From the NCBI GenBank assembly GCA_963744115.1, contig CAVUSI010000002.1:79575-143574 (forward strand): DNA of 64,000 nt. The letters are read 5' to 3'. Origin of the DNA: an uncultured Chloroflexia bacterium. GTDB taxonomy: Bacteria; Chloroflexota; Limnocylindria; Limnocylindrales; CSP1-4. The translations under genes were made by a program, and so were the position numbers. The notes under the pieces were generated by a model. The model was given only the letters and a program-made list of their open reading frames with translations. It was not told the origin of the DNA and ran no database searches. This document shows positions 18,840 through 27,902 of this stretch, piece by piece; positions within the stretch are counted from its first letter, which is position 1, and the number at the start of each line of letters is the position of its first letter.

Positions 18840-19922
18840 ATGCTCCGTCTCATCCAGACGTCCGACGTCCATCTTGGCGCGCGCCATCCGTCACTCGGCG
18901 AGCGGGCCGCCGACCTGCGCGCTCGCCAGTTCGAGGCGTTCGAGCGCACCGTGGACTTCGCCGTGGCGGCCCCGGTGGACCTCCTCATCGTGGCCGGCGA
19001 CCTGTTCGACTCGAGTGTCCAGTCGCGTGCCTCCGTCGAGCGTGTCGCGGCCGCCGTGCGGAAGCTCGTGGCCGCCCGCATCTCGACGGTCATCCTGCCG
19101 GGGCCCGGAGATACGGCCGGACCTGCGTCGATCTACCACGCCTACGACCTGGCCGACCTGGCCGGGGCGAGCGGGGATCGCGGTTCGGTCGACATCTTGT
19201 CCGACGCGAGGCCGGACATCGCCCTGCCCGCCCTCGGGGCCAGGGTGACCTCCCGGTTCCCGGCGACCGGCCTGGCCGACGACGGTTGGCGGATCGGGGT
19301 GATCGATCGGCTGGCGCGACCGCGGGACGATGAGATCGCCGCAGCGGGGGTGGACTACCTGGCGATCGGCGGTCCGCATGCCGCGGCCTCGGGTCGCGCG
19401 GCCACGGTCAGCTGGGGGTCCAGCGGATCGCCCGAGCTCGTGCGGAGCGACGGCGAACCCACCGGCGACGTCCTCCTGGTGACCATGGACGAGAGCGCCG
19501 GACGCCCGACGGTCGAGCGCCAGCGGGTCGGGCGGACGCGTGCCGAGCACGTCGAGGTCGAGCTCCCGAGCGTGGCCGACAGCGCCGCCCTGATCGACGC
19601 CCTCGGCCAGCGCGGCGACCCCGACCTGATCCTCGACGCCGATCTCGTCGGCGAGTGGCGGGACGAGCTGGACGTCGACCCGGCCGAGCTCGAGGCGGCG
19701 CTGGCCGGGAGCTTCTTCCGGATCCGCGTCCGGAATCTCGGTCAGCCCCCGCTCAGCCCGCGGCCGCTGCCGCCCGAGGACACGATCGCCGGCACGTTCC
19801 TGCGAGACCTCGAAGAGCGCATCGCCGCGGCCGAGACCGCCGGTGGCGAGGCTGGCGGAGAGCTCCGCGAGGCGCTCCGCCTCGGCCGGCGGCTGCTCGC
19901 CGGCCAGGAGGTCGGTCGATGA
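18840..19922 (+). CDS. SbcD/Mre11-family metallophosphoesterase (DNA repair exonuclease-like, YhaO-like)
   Basis: ATG at 18840 with AGGAGG Shine-Dalgarno. Phosphoesterase motifs DVHLG and GDLFD. About 360 aa. Stop overlaps the start of the ATPase gene (ATGA). Confidence 0.7.
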   Translation: MLRLIQTSDVHLGARHPSLGERAADLRARQFEAFERTVDFAVAAPVDLLIVAGDLFDSSVQSRASVERVAAAVRKLVAARISTVILPGPGDTAGPASIYHAYDLADLAGASGDRGSVDILSDARPDIALPALGARVTSRFPATGLADDGWRIGVIDRLARPRDDEIAAAGVDYLAIGGPHAAASGRAATVSWGSSGSPELVRSDGEPTGDVLLVTMDESAGRPTVERQRVGRTRAEHVEVELPSVADSAALIDALGQRGDPDLILDADLVGEWRDELDVDPAELEAALAGSFFRIRVRNLGQPPLSPRPLPPEDTIAGTFLRDLEERIAAAETAGGEAGGELREALRLGRRLLAGQEVGR

Positions 19923-22108
19923 GGATCGCCCGGATCCAGCTCCGCGACGTCAAGCGCTATCGCGACCTACAGATCGACCTGGCTCCCGGCCTGACCATCA
20001 TCCGGGGGCCGAACGAGGCCGGCAAGACGACGATCGCTCGCGCGATCGAGCTCGGGCTTACGGGCTCGCTGGCGGGCCCCCCGCCGGTCGCGGTCGACGG
20101 TCTCCGCTCTTGGGACGCCGAACCGGATGCCCGGCCCACCGTGAGCCTCGACTTCACGCTCGATCCGTCGGAACCCGGCGGACCCGGCCGGAGCGGTTCG
20201 GTCGAGAAGGCCTTCGGCCCGGGCGGATCGGCGACGCTGACGGTCGACGGCGTCGCCGTCACGGACCCGGCTACGGTCGATACGCAGCTGGCCGACCTGA
20301 CGGGTGTTCCGACCGCGGCGTTCTTCCGCTCGACCGCCCTCGTCGCCAGGGGCGAGCTCGAGGATCTCGACCGCGACGAGGCGACGCTTCGCGAGCGGTT
20401 GTCGGCGTCGATCAGTGCCGCCGATCGGAGCACCACGGCGGCCATCGAGGAGCTCAAGCGGGTCCTCAACGACCTGAACGCCCGGAGCGAGCGCGACCCA
20501 GGCCGGCTGCGGATCGCCGAAGAAGCGGTCGCCCGGTCGCAGACGGTGGTCGACAGCGGCGAGGCCGGCCTGGCGAGGCTCGTCGTCGATCGCGAGACGC
20601 TCGGTGCGGCCGAGGATGTCAGCCAGGCCGCCGCCGCCGACCTCGCGGCGCGCACGCACCTGCTCGATCAGGCCCGTGCCGCAGAAACCGTGGTCCTCGA
20701 GCTCGCCGCGGCCAAGGAGCGACAAGCGCGCTACGCCGAGGCGGTCGACGCCGCCGCAGAGCTCGCCCGGCTGCACGACTCGCATCCGTCGCCGAACCCG
20801 TTGCCGGTCGTCCGTCAGACCGTCGATCGCCTGCGCGCCCTCGATGCCAAGCTGACGGAGCTGCGCGCGATCCTGTCCGGCGAAGTCAACGTCGACTATG
20901 AGGTCAGCGCTCCGACGACGACCTGGCGCCCGATCGCGATGGCCGCCATCGTGACCGTCCTGGTCGGGGTCGGCCTGGCGGTGGCCGGTCAGGTCCTCTC
21001 CGGGTTGTCGGTGCTGAGCCTTGTCGGGCTCGGCGTGGCGCTCCTCGGGTTGATCATCGGCTTCGTCGCCTTCCGTCAGCGCCGGACTGCACAGGGCTTC
21101 CGACGCCAGAAGGAGATGGCCGAGAGCGAGGTGGAGCGCCGGCTCCGCGGCCGATCCCAGATGGAAGCCGAGCTGCGCCAGGCGGAGGCCGATACGGCCG
21201 CCCAGCTCCAGGGGCTCGGCCTGCCGGACCTCGCCGCCGCCGAGGACCTGCTCACCCGCGAGGAAGCCCACGTCGCGGCCATCGATGCCCTGAATTCCAG
21301 GCTCGAGACGCTGGTCGGGCGTGAGCCGGTCGAGTCGCTGGGACCCAGCCGCGACGCGGCAGCGAAGGAGATCGTCGACAAGACGGCCGAGCTCGCCGGC
21401 GTGGATCCCGCCGCCCGCGAGCCGGGGGCGCGCCAGCGGTTCGAAACCGAGGCGCAAACCGCTCGAGCCGCCCTCGAGACAGCGCGGATCGCCGAGGCCC
21501 AGGCGCGAGCCCAGGTCGACGCCAACCCGACCGATGCCGACCAGGTGGCGGGCGAGACCGAGCGCCTGGCCGTCTGGCAGGACCAGCTGTCGAGCCTCCG
21601 GCGTCGGGCCCGCGTGCACGAGGCCGCGCTCGGCGGTCTCGAGCGGGCGACCGAAGCGACCATGGCGCGCGCGACTCGCTACCTCGAGCGGACGATGATC
21701 GGGGCGGTGGCACGGATCACCGATGGGCGCTACCGACGGGTGAGGATCGACGACGACAGCCTGGATATCTCGGTCGTGGCTCCGGAGAAGGGCGACTGGG
21801 TCGATGTCCGCGAGCTGTCCGACGGGATCCTCGGTCAGGTCTACCTCGCGGCCCGCCTCGGACTGGTCCGCTATGCGACGGGCGACCGGCGGCCGCCGCT
21901 CGTCCTCGACGACCCGTTCGTGACGTTCAGCGACACCCACGCCGCCCGGGGGTTCGAGCTGCTCCGCGAGCTGACCTCCGAGCACCAGGTGATCTACCTC
22001 ACGGCGACCGACCGGTATGACGCCGCGGCCGACGCCGTCGTCGAGCTCCCCGGACCGACCGCGGTCGACGACGAGGCCGACGGAGCGAGCACCACCACGC
22101 CGGCCTGA
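19919..22108 (+). CDS. SbcC/Rad50-like AAA ATPase (YhaN/COG4717-like) with a central two-helix transmembrane hairpin instead of a zinc hook
   Basis: Walker A GPNEAGKTT at the N-terminus. ABC signature and Walker B/D-loop at the C-terminus (LSDGILGQVYLAARLGL, LVLDDPFVTFSD). Long Ala/Glu/Arg-rich coiled-coil arms. The middle segment WRPIAMAAIVTVLVGVGLAVAGQVLSGLSVLSLVGLGVALLGLIIGFVAF is two TM helices. 729 aa. Confidence 0.7.
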   Translation: MRIARIQLRDVKRYRDLQIDLAPGLTIIRGPNEAGKTTIARAIELGLTGSLAGPPPVAVDGLRSWDAEPDARPTVSLDFTLDPSEPGGPGRSGSVEKAFGPGGSATLTVDGVAVTDPATVDTQLADLTGVPTAAFFRSTALVARGELEDLDRDEATLRERLSASISAADRSTTAAIEELKRVLNDLNARSERDPGRLRIAEEAVARSQTVVDSGEAGLARLVVDRETLGAAEDVSQAAAADLAARTHLLDQARAAETVVLELAAAKERQARYAEAVDAAAELARLHDSHPSPNPLPVVRQTVDRLRALDAKLTELRAILSGEVNVDYEVSAPTTTWRPIAMAAIVTVLVGVGLAVAGQVLSGLSVLSLVGLGVALLGLIIGFVAFRQRRTAQGFRRQKEMAESEVERRLRGRSQMEAELRQAEADTAAQLQGLGLPDLAAAEDLLTREEAHVAAIDALNSRLETLVGREPVESLGPSRDAAAKEIVDKTAELAGVDPAAREPGARQRFETEAQTARAALETARIAEAQARAQVDANPTDADQVAGETERLAVWQDQLSSLRRRARVHEAALGGLERATEATMARATRYLERTMIGAVARITDGRYRRVRIDDDSLDISVVAPEKGDWVDVRELSDGILGQVYLAARLGLVRYATGDRRPPLVLDDPFVTFSDTHAARGFELLRELTSEHQVIYLTATDRYDAAADAVVELPGPTAVDDEADGASTTTPA

Positions 22109-22123
22109 CGAGGTCGGCTTCCG

Positions 22124-22993
22124 ATGGACCCGCAGACGGCGGTCGTCGTCCTCGGCCTCGCCTCCGCCGTCGCGTGGGGATCGGCCGACTTCAGTGGCGG
22201 CCTGGCGGGTCGTCGAGCACCGCTGTTCGGGGTCGTCTTCTTCTCGCAGATCCTCGGTCTGGGCGTCGCCGTGGGGGTCGCCGCGGCTCGGGGCGAGGGT
22301 ATCCCGGGGTCGGCCGATATCGGGATCGCGATCGTCGGCGGGATCCTCGGCGGGATCGGGATCGCGGCCCTGTACGGTGGCCTCGCCGCCGGCCGGATGG
22401 GCGTGGTCGCCCCGATCAGTGGCGTCCTGTCCGCGGTCGTGCCGGTGACGGCCGGGATCGTCCTGCAGGGGTTGCCGGGTCCCGCGGCGGTGATCGGGAT
22501 CGTGCTCGCGCTGGTGGCGGTCATCCTCGTATCGAGCGCCCCGGGCAGCTCGGCGAACGCCTCGCTCGGTCGCTTCGGCGGCGTCCCCGCCGATGTCCCG
22601 ATCGCCATCGTCGCGGGGACGTCGCTCGGCCTGCTCAACCTCGTGATCAGCCGGTTGTCGCCTGGCTCGGTCTTCGGGCCGCTCGTGGTCATGCGGTTCG
22701 TCGAGGCCCTGCTGATCGGCACCGCTATCCTGGCGATCCGCCGGCCGTGGCGCGTGCCACGGGGGACCTGGCCGCTGGTCCTCATCGCCGGCGGCCTCGA
22801 CATGGCCGGCAACGGGCTGTTCGTCCTGGCCGCCCAGGCCGGCCGCCTCGACATCGCCGCGATCCTGTCATCGCTCTACCCGGTCGCCACGCTCATCCTC
22901 GCGGCGGCCGTCCTGAAGGAGAAGATCGCGGGCATCCACGCGCTGGGGGTCGTTGCCGCGGTCGCCGCGATCATCCTCGTTCGGATCGGCTAG
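22124..22993 (+). CDS. EamA/DMT-superfamily transporter
   Basis: 289 aa, about 10 hydrophobic segments, Gly/Ala-rich repeats typical of EamA permeases. Confidence 0.6.
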   Translation: MDPQTAVVVLGLASAVAWGSADFSGGLAGRRAPLFGVVFFSQILGLGVAVGVAAARGEGIPGSADIGIAIVGGILGGIGIAALYGGLAAGRMGVVAPISGVLSAVVPVTAGIVLQGLPGPAAVIGIVLALVAVILVSSAPGSSANASLGRFGGVPADVPIAIVAGTSLGLLNLVISRLSPGSVFGPLVVMRFVEALLIGTAILAIRRPWRVPRGTWPLVLIAGGLDMAGNGLFVLAAQAGRLDIAAILSSLYPVATLILAAAVLKEKIAGIHALGVVAAVAAIILVRIG

Positions 22994-23015
22994 GGTCGGA
23001 CCGAGGGCCAGCGAG

Positions 23016-23927
23016 CTACTTCCAGGCGATGGTCATCGTCAGCGGGACGGTCCCGACGCCGGTCTCCGAGTTCACCAGGCTGAACCCGTACGACCGACTC
23101 GGCGTGACCGGGTCGGTCCGGTCGATGCCGGTGCCGTTGCCCGGGTAGACACCACCGGCCGTCGGCTCGGCCAGATCGACCAGCGAGTAGGTGTAGTCGA
23201 ACGGCTTGGCACCCCAGTCGGCCTTGGTCGCGATCGACCCGCCCGATCGGACCTTCACCTTGCCGCTCATCCCGTTGTAGCCGGCGAACGCCGGCGCGGT
23301 CCCGTTGAAGGTGCCGTTGGTCAGGGTCACCGCCGGCGCGGCCGCCCGGAAGGCGAGGCTCAGGTCGACGGTCGGGGTGGCGATCCCGACCCCGATCATC
23401 GTCACCACGAACGTGGTCTGGGTCTTCGACGTGGTCGTGCCGGTCAGCGTCCCGCCATGCCAGTCACGGCAGAGCGGCGCGGTCTTGCCGACCTTGAGGC
23501 AGAACCGGGTCGTCCCCTGCGGGCTCTTGCCGGTGAGCTTGGCGGTGACGTTGCCGGGACCGTCCGTCTTGAAGGTGAACGTCCGGGCGACCCCGGCAGG
23601 GTCGGACTTGGCATCGAGACGGAAGTCCGCGAACGTGATCTGGGCGAGACCGGCCGTCGGCGGGATCGTCGGGCTGGCGCTCGGCCCGGTCGATGCCGAG
23701 GCGCTGGGCGACGCCGCGGAACTCGCGCTCGCCTCGGTCGACGGCTGGGCCGACGGGCCGATCGGACCGCTGGCGACCGCACCGGACGACGGCCCGGCCG
23801 AGCCTGACGGGCTCGCCGTCTTCGACGGCGAGCCGCTGGGCAGGCTCGTCGCGACCACGATCAGGGCCAGTCCAGCAAGGACGACGGCCAGGACGATCGC
23901 GACGGTCTTCCAGCGCTCATCGGTCAT
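23016..23927 (-). CDS. membrane-anchored extracellular protein of unknown function (N-terminal TM, Ser/Ala/Pro linker, beta-rich domain with two Cys)
   Basis: 303 aa. MTDERWKTVAIVLAVVLAGLALIVV anchor, about 80-aa low-complexity S/A/P linker, then a Thr/Gly-rich domain. Confidence 0.45.
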   Translation of the reverse strand: MTDERWKTVAIVLAVVLAGLALIVVATSLPSGSPSKTASPSGSAGPSSGAVASGPIGPSAQPSTEASASSAASPSASASTGPSASPTIPPTAGLAQITFADFRLDAKSDPAGVARTFTFKTDGPGNVTAKLTGKSPQGTTRFCLKVGKTAPLCRDWHGGTLTGTTTSKTQTTFVVTMIGVGIATPTVDLSLAFRAAAPAVTLTNGTFNGTAPAFAGYNGMSGKVKVRSGGSIATKADWGAKPFDYTYSLVDLAEPTAGGVYPGNGTGIDRTDPVTPSRSYGFSLVNSETGVGTVPLTMTIAWK

Positions 23928-23942
23928 CTGGCCATCCTCCTG

Positions 23943-24542
23943 TCAGCGACGGTTCGTACCGGACGCCCGCCCGGGAATCGTACCCGCGCCGGCACGAGCC
24001 GTGTCCGGAGCGCGCCGTGGCTCGATCAGCACGATGGTCCACGGGGCAGGATCGGTCAGCCGGTGGACGCTCGTGAATCCCTCGCCGGCAAGCTCGTCCT
24101 CGGCGACGAGCGCCCGTCGCAGGGCCTCGTGCTGGCGTCGCACGACCGACGCCTCGACCGTCCGGCCCGAGCGTGCGGCGTTGCGCTCGAGGCAGACCTC
24201 GAGCGGCGGGTCGAGCACGATCGCGATCGCCGGTCGATGGGTGGCCCGCGCCACGGCGATCAGGCTCGACCGGGCCGACCGGGTCAGGTTCGTCGCGTCG
24301 ATCACCGTCCGCCGTCCGCGTTCCAGCCGTCGGCGCGCCGCCAGATGGAGCAGCTCGAAGGCGGCGCGCGTCGCTCCCTGGTCGGCCTCATCGTCCGCGA
24401 CCATCGCCCGAAAGGAATCCGACGACAGGATCTCGGTCGGCCGGAACCGGGCCGCGGCGAAGGTCGACTTGCCGGACCCGGACACGCCGACCAGGACGAC
24501 GAGCGAGGACGAAGGCAGCACGATCTCGGGCATCGCGGTCAT
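23943..24542 (-). CDS. AAA_33-type P-loop kinase (polynucleotide-kinase/gluconate-kinase-like ATPase)
   Basis: ATG at 24542. Walker A VLVGVSGSGKSTFA near the N-terminus. 199 aa. The 584-aa track ORF is an antisense extension and was not used. Confidence 0.55.
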   Translation of the reverse strand: MTAMPEIVLPSSSLVVLVGVSGSGKSTFAAARFRPTEILSSDSFRAMVADDEADQGATRAAFELLHLAARRRLERGRRTVIDATNLTRSARSSLIAVARATHRPAIAIVLDPPLEVCLERNAARSGRTVEASVVRRQHEALRRALVAEDELAGEGFTSVHRLTDPAPWTIVLIEPRRAPDTARAGAGTIPGRASGTNRR

Positions 24543-24621
24543 GATGCACGTCCGCCGGCTCCAGGGACGTCGAGACCGTCCGTCGGACCGGGCCTCGTCG
24601 GGTCCGGTAGCCTTGGCCGTC

Positions 24622-25881
24622 ATGGCTCCCGCCCTCCCGGCCCCGCTCGATGCGAGCCGTCCGGCCGCCGACGACTGGCGGATCATCGTGGCGATCTTCT
24701 GGGTCACCTCGATGGTCGAGGGCCTCGGCGTGAGCCAGATCTTCGCGTTCGTCCCGCTGTATCTGCGGGAGATGGGCGTCGCGGAGCCGGATCGGCTCCG
24801 CTTCGTCGGGATCTTCGGCTCGCTGATCTTCCTCGTCGGAGCCCCGCTCGTTCCGCTCTGGGGCGTGTGGGCCGACAAGTACAGCCGCAAGGCGGTCATC
24901 GTCCGGAGCGCCCTGGTCGAGGCCGTCGTCTTCGCCGGCGTCGCGCTGAGCCGGGAGCCGTGGCAGCTCGCCCTGAGCATGCTCCTCGTCGGCTTCCAGC
25001 TCGGCAACACCGGGGTGATGCTGGCCGCGATCCGCGACGTCAGTCCATTGGTTCGGCTGGGCACGATCATCGCGATCTTCGGGTCGAGCGGCCCGATCGG
25101 CATGGCGATCGGGCCGGTCATCGGCGGGATCATCCTCGATGGGTTGCACCTGCCGATCTCGGCGATCTTCTGGTTCTCGGCGCTGTTGTCGGTCGGGACC
25201 GCCGCCCTCGTCTGGTTCGGCTCGCGCGAGGTCCGTCCGTCGGTCGTCCCTGAGGGTCGGGTCGTGACCCTCGCGTTCGGGGCGATCCGGGCGGTCCTCG
25301 CCGACCGGGCGGTCCGTCGGATCTTCGCGATCTTCGGGGTGGCCTTCCTTGCCAGCCAGATGAGCCGTCCGTTCATCCCGATCCTGGTCGAACGGGTCAA
25401 CGGAGATGTCGGCCTGGCCAGTGCGATCGCCCTGGTCGTCGGGACCGCGGCGCTGGTCGGGGCGCTCATCTCGCCGCTCGGGGGTTGGATCGGCGATCGG
25501 GTCGGCTTCCGGCCCGTGCTCGTCGCGGCGCTCCTCGGCGGGAGCGTCGCCGCGTTCCTCATGCCGATCGTGGGCTCGGTCGGGGCGCTCGCCCTGGTCG
25601 CGGTCGCGGTCGCCGCATTCAGCGCGGCGATCAGCGCGATGGTCTTCGGACTGCTCGCCCTGGAGGTCCCTGCCGAGCGTCGATCGGCGACGCTCAACCT
25701 CGTCTACCTGCCGCTCTACGTGGCCGGGATCGTCGGGCCCACGCTCGGCGCGATCGTGGTCCAGGCCGGGTTGTGGGCGCCGTTCTGGCTGGGCGCCGCC
25801 GTCTACCTGCTCGGAGCCATCGTCCTGGCCTCGCGTCGGTCGCTGTCGCCGTCCGAGGCGGCCGCCGGCCGGACCGCCTGA
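24622..25881 (+). CDS. MFS transporter (12 TM)
   Basis: ATG at 24622. 419 aa, 12 hydrophobic segments, motif-A-like GVWADKYSRK between TM2 and TM3. Divergent from the AAA_33 kinase. Confidence 0.65.
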   Translation: MAPALPAPLDASRPAADDWRIIVAIFWVTSMVEGLGVSQIFAFVPLYLREMGVAEPDRLRFVGIFGSLIFLVGAPLVPLWGVWADKYSRKAVIVRSALVEAVVFAGVALSREPWQLALSMLLVGFQLGNTGVMLAAIRDVSPLVRLGTIIAIFGSSGPIGMAIGPVIGGIILDGLHLPISAIFWFSALLSVGTAALVWFGSREVRPSVVPEGRVVTLAFGAIRAVLADRAVRRIFAIFGVAFLASQMSRPFIPILVERVNGDVGLASAIALVVGTAALVGALISPLGGWIGDRVGFRPVLVAALLGGSVAAFLMPIVGSVGALALVAVAVAAFSAAISAMVFGLLALEVPAERRSATLNLVYLPLYVAGIVGPTLGAIVVQAGLWAPFWLGAAVYLLGAIVLASRRSLSPSEAAAGRTA

Positions 25882-25921
25882 CCGTCCCCGCCGGCCGCCG
25901 GCCTCGGCGTCTCCGGACCGG

Positions 25922-27064
25922 TCAGACGGGCAGGTCGCGCTCGGCGGGCCCGGTGTAGCGCATGTCCGGGCGGATGAGCTTGTTCGCCTCGACCTGCTCG
26001 ATCGCGTGGGCCGTCCAGCCGGCGTGCCGCGCGAGCGCGAACGTAGCCGGGAACAGGTCCGGGGTCAGCCCCACCCCTTGGAGGACGGCCGCCGCGTAGT
26101 ACTCGACGTTGGTCTTCAGGACGCGACCGGGCTTGAGCTCGGCCAGGACGCGCAGGACGACATCCTCGACCTGGATCGCCAGGTCGAGCCAGTCCGGCCG
26201 GACCTCCATCGCCTCGGCGACCTGGCGGAGGGCGGCCGCTCGCGGGTCGTAGGCGCGGTAGACGCGGTGCCCGAAGCCCATCACGCGCCCCCCCGAGGCC
26301 ACGGTCTCGCGGACCCACGCCTCCGCCCGCTCCGGCGAGCCGATCTCGTGGAGCTGGCTGACGACCTCCGCCGGAGCCCCTCCGTGGAGTGGACCCTTGA
26401 GCGCCCCGATCGCCCCGCACACCGCGGAGGCGAGGTCCGAGCGGGTCGCGGTGATGACCCGGGCCGTGAACGTCGAGGCGTTGAGACCGTGCTCGGCGCC
26501 GACGATGAAGTACGCCTCGAGGGCACGAGCCGTCGCCGGGTCCGGGGCCGTCCCCGTGAGCTGCTGGAGGAACCCGCCGGCGAGGTCGAGGTCCGGGTCC
26601 GGTGGGACCGGGTCCAGGCCGCGGCGGATGCGGTCGAACGCGGCCAGGGCGGAGGGCGAGAATGCGGTCACGGCGCGTGCCTGCTCGGGCGTGGGCGGCC
26701 AGGCGATGCGCTCGGTCGCACCCCACACCGAGACGGCGGTCCGAAGGGCGTCCATCGGGTGCGCGCCGGGCGGCAGGGCGCGCAGCGCGACGAGCACCGG
26801 CTCGGGGACGACTGCCGCGTGGAACTGGACGCCGGGATGCCACTCGCCGGTCCACAGCAGGTCGGCGACCTCGGCGTACGTCCCGTTGGCGACGAGCTGT
26901 CCGATCGGGTAGCCGCGATAGAGGAGGCGACCGTTCTTGCCATCGACCAACCCGATGGCGCTCTCGGCTCCGACGACGCCCTCGAGACCGGGCGAATACG
27001 GCCGCGCGTCCGGGGCCTCGACCGACGAGGTCGGGGTGGCCTGGGGCGCCGACGTCTCAGTCAT
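25922..27064 (-). CDS. citrate synthase / 2-methylcitrate synthase (short type)
   Basis: 380 aa. Conserved GFGHRVYR active-site His motif and GPLHGGA. Overlaps the upstream hydrolase gene by 8 nt. Confidence 0.8.
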   Translation of the reverse strand: MTETSAPQATPTSSVEAPDARPYSPGLEGVVGAESAIGLVDGKNGRLLYRGYPIGQLVANGTYAEVADLLWTGEWHPGVQFHAAVVPEPVLVALRALPPGAHPMDALRTAVSVWGATERIAWPPTPEQARAVTAFSPSALAAFDRIRRGLDPVPPDPDLDLAGGFLQQLTGTAPDPATARALEAYFIVGAEHGLNASTFTARVITATRSDLASAVCGAIGALKGPLHGGAPAEVVSQLHEIGSPERAEAWVRETVASGGRVMGFGHRVYRAYDPRAAALRQVAEAMEVRPDWLDLAIQVEDVVLRVLAELKPGRVLKTNVEYYAAAVLQGVGLTPDLFPATFALARHAGWTAHAIEQVEANKLIRPDMRYTGPAERDLPV

Positions 27065-27902
27065 GTCCGGATGGTAGTCCCGCGTCGCCCGGGGCGTCGT
27101 CGAGGAAGCGGAGGACCTCGGCCGCGAAGCGGTCCGGGTGCGTGTGGTGCGCGGCGTGCTTGGCTCCGGGGATGATCACGACCCGGCCGTCGGACAGGAG
27201 ACGGTCCAGCTCCCACGTCCCGTCGGTGAAGGAGGGCCCGCTGCCACCGCCGATGAGCTGGAGGACGGGGATGCGGATCGCCGCGTACCGCTCCGGGCCG
27301 GCATCCTCGCCGGCCTCCGCCCACATCTCGCGGACGATCGTCGGCGCGGCCTCGACCCGCGTCGGCCACGTCGGGGCTCGCCGATAGGCGTCGAGCTCGG
27401 TCGCCGTCAGGCCGACCACCTCGGTCATGAAGTAGGCCAGCAGACCGTCTCGATCATCGGCGGCCTTGTATGCCTCGAGTCGGGCCATCACCGCGTCGCC
27501 GTGGAACGAACCTCCGGCCGGCGCCGGGGCTCCCTCGTAGACGACGAGCCGCCGGAGATGCTCGGTGATGAGCGCGGCGCCGAGACCGACCCGGCCTCCG
27601 TACGAGTGGCCGATGACGTCGACCGGCCGGTTCGTCTCGGCGGCCACGGCGTCGACCACGGCGGCGACGTCCTCGTACTCGCGGGCGATGGCGTACGGGT
27701 CGGTGTCGCCGCTCGCCCCACGTCCCCGGCGGTCGATCGCGTAGAGGCTGTGGGCAGCTGCCAGGAGCGGACCCGCCGTCCTCCACGCGGTATGGTCGGC
27801 CGTCGCCCCGTGCACCAGGACGACGGGCGGACCCGTCCCCGAACGGAACCAGGCGATCGCGGTCCCGTCGGGGGAGCGCGTGGTGCCGCGGTCCGCCGTC
27901 AC
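27057..27902 (-). CDS. alpha/beta-fold hydrolase
   Basis: GTG at 27902 overlaps the pgl-GNAT stop (GTGA). GHSYGG nucleophile elbow, HGATADHTAW. About 281 aa. The rest of the 450-aa track ORF is out-of-frame read-through. Confidence 0.65.
   Translation of the reverse strand: MTADRGTTRSPDGTAIAWFRSGTGPPVVLVHGATADHTAWRTAGPLLAAAHSLYAIDRRGRGASGDTDPYAIAREYEDVAAVVDAVAAETNRPVDVIGHSYGGRVGLGAALITEHLRRLVVYEGAPAPAGGSFHGDAVMARLEAYKAADDRDGLLAYFMTEVVGLTATELDAYRRAPTWPTRVEAAPTIVREMWAEAGEDAGPERYAAIRIPVLQLIGGGSGPSFTDGTWELDRLLSDGRVVIIPGAKHAAHHTHPDRFAAEVLRFLDDAPGDAGLPSGHD

Noticed and set aside
23305-25881. 858-aa plus-strand ORF
   Set aside because: Only the last roughly 419 codons (from ATG 24622) form a credible MFS transporter. 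The upstream part is antisense to the secreted-protein and AAA_33 kinase genes.
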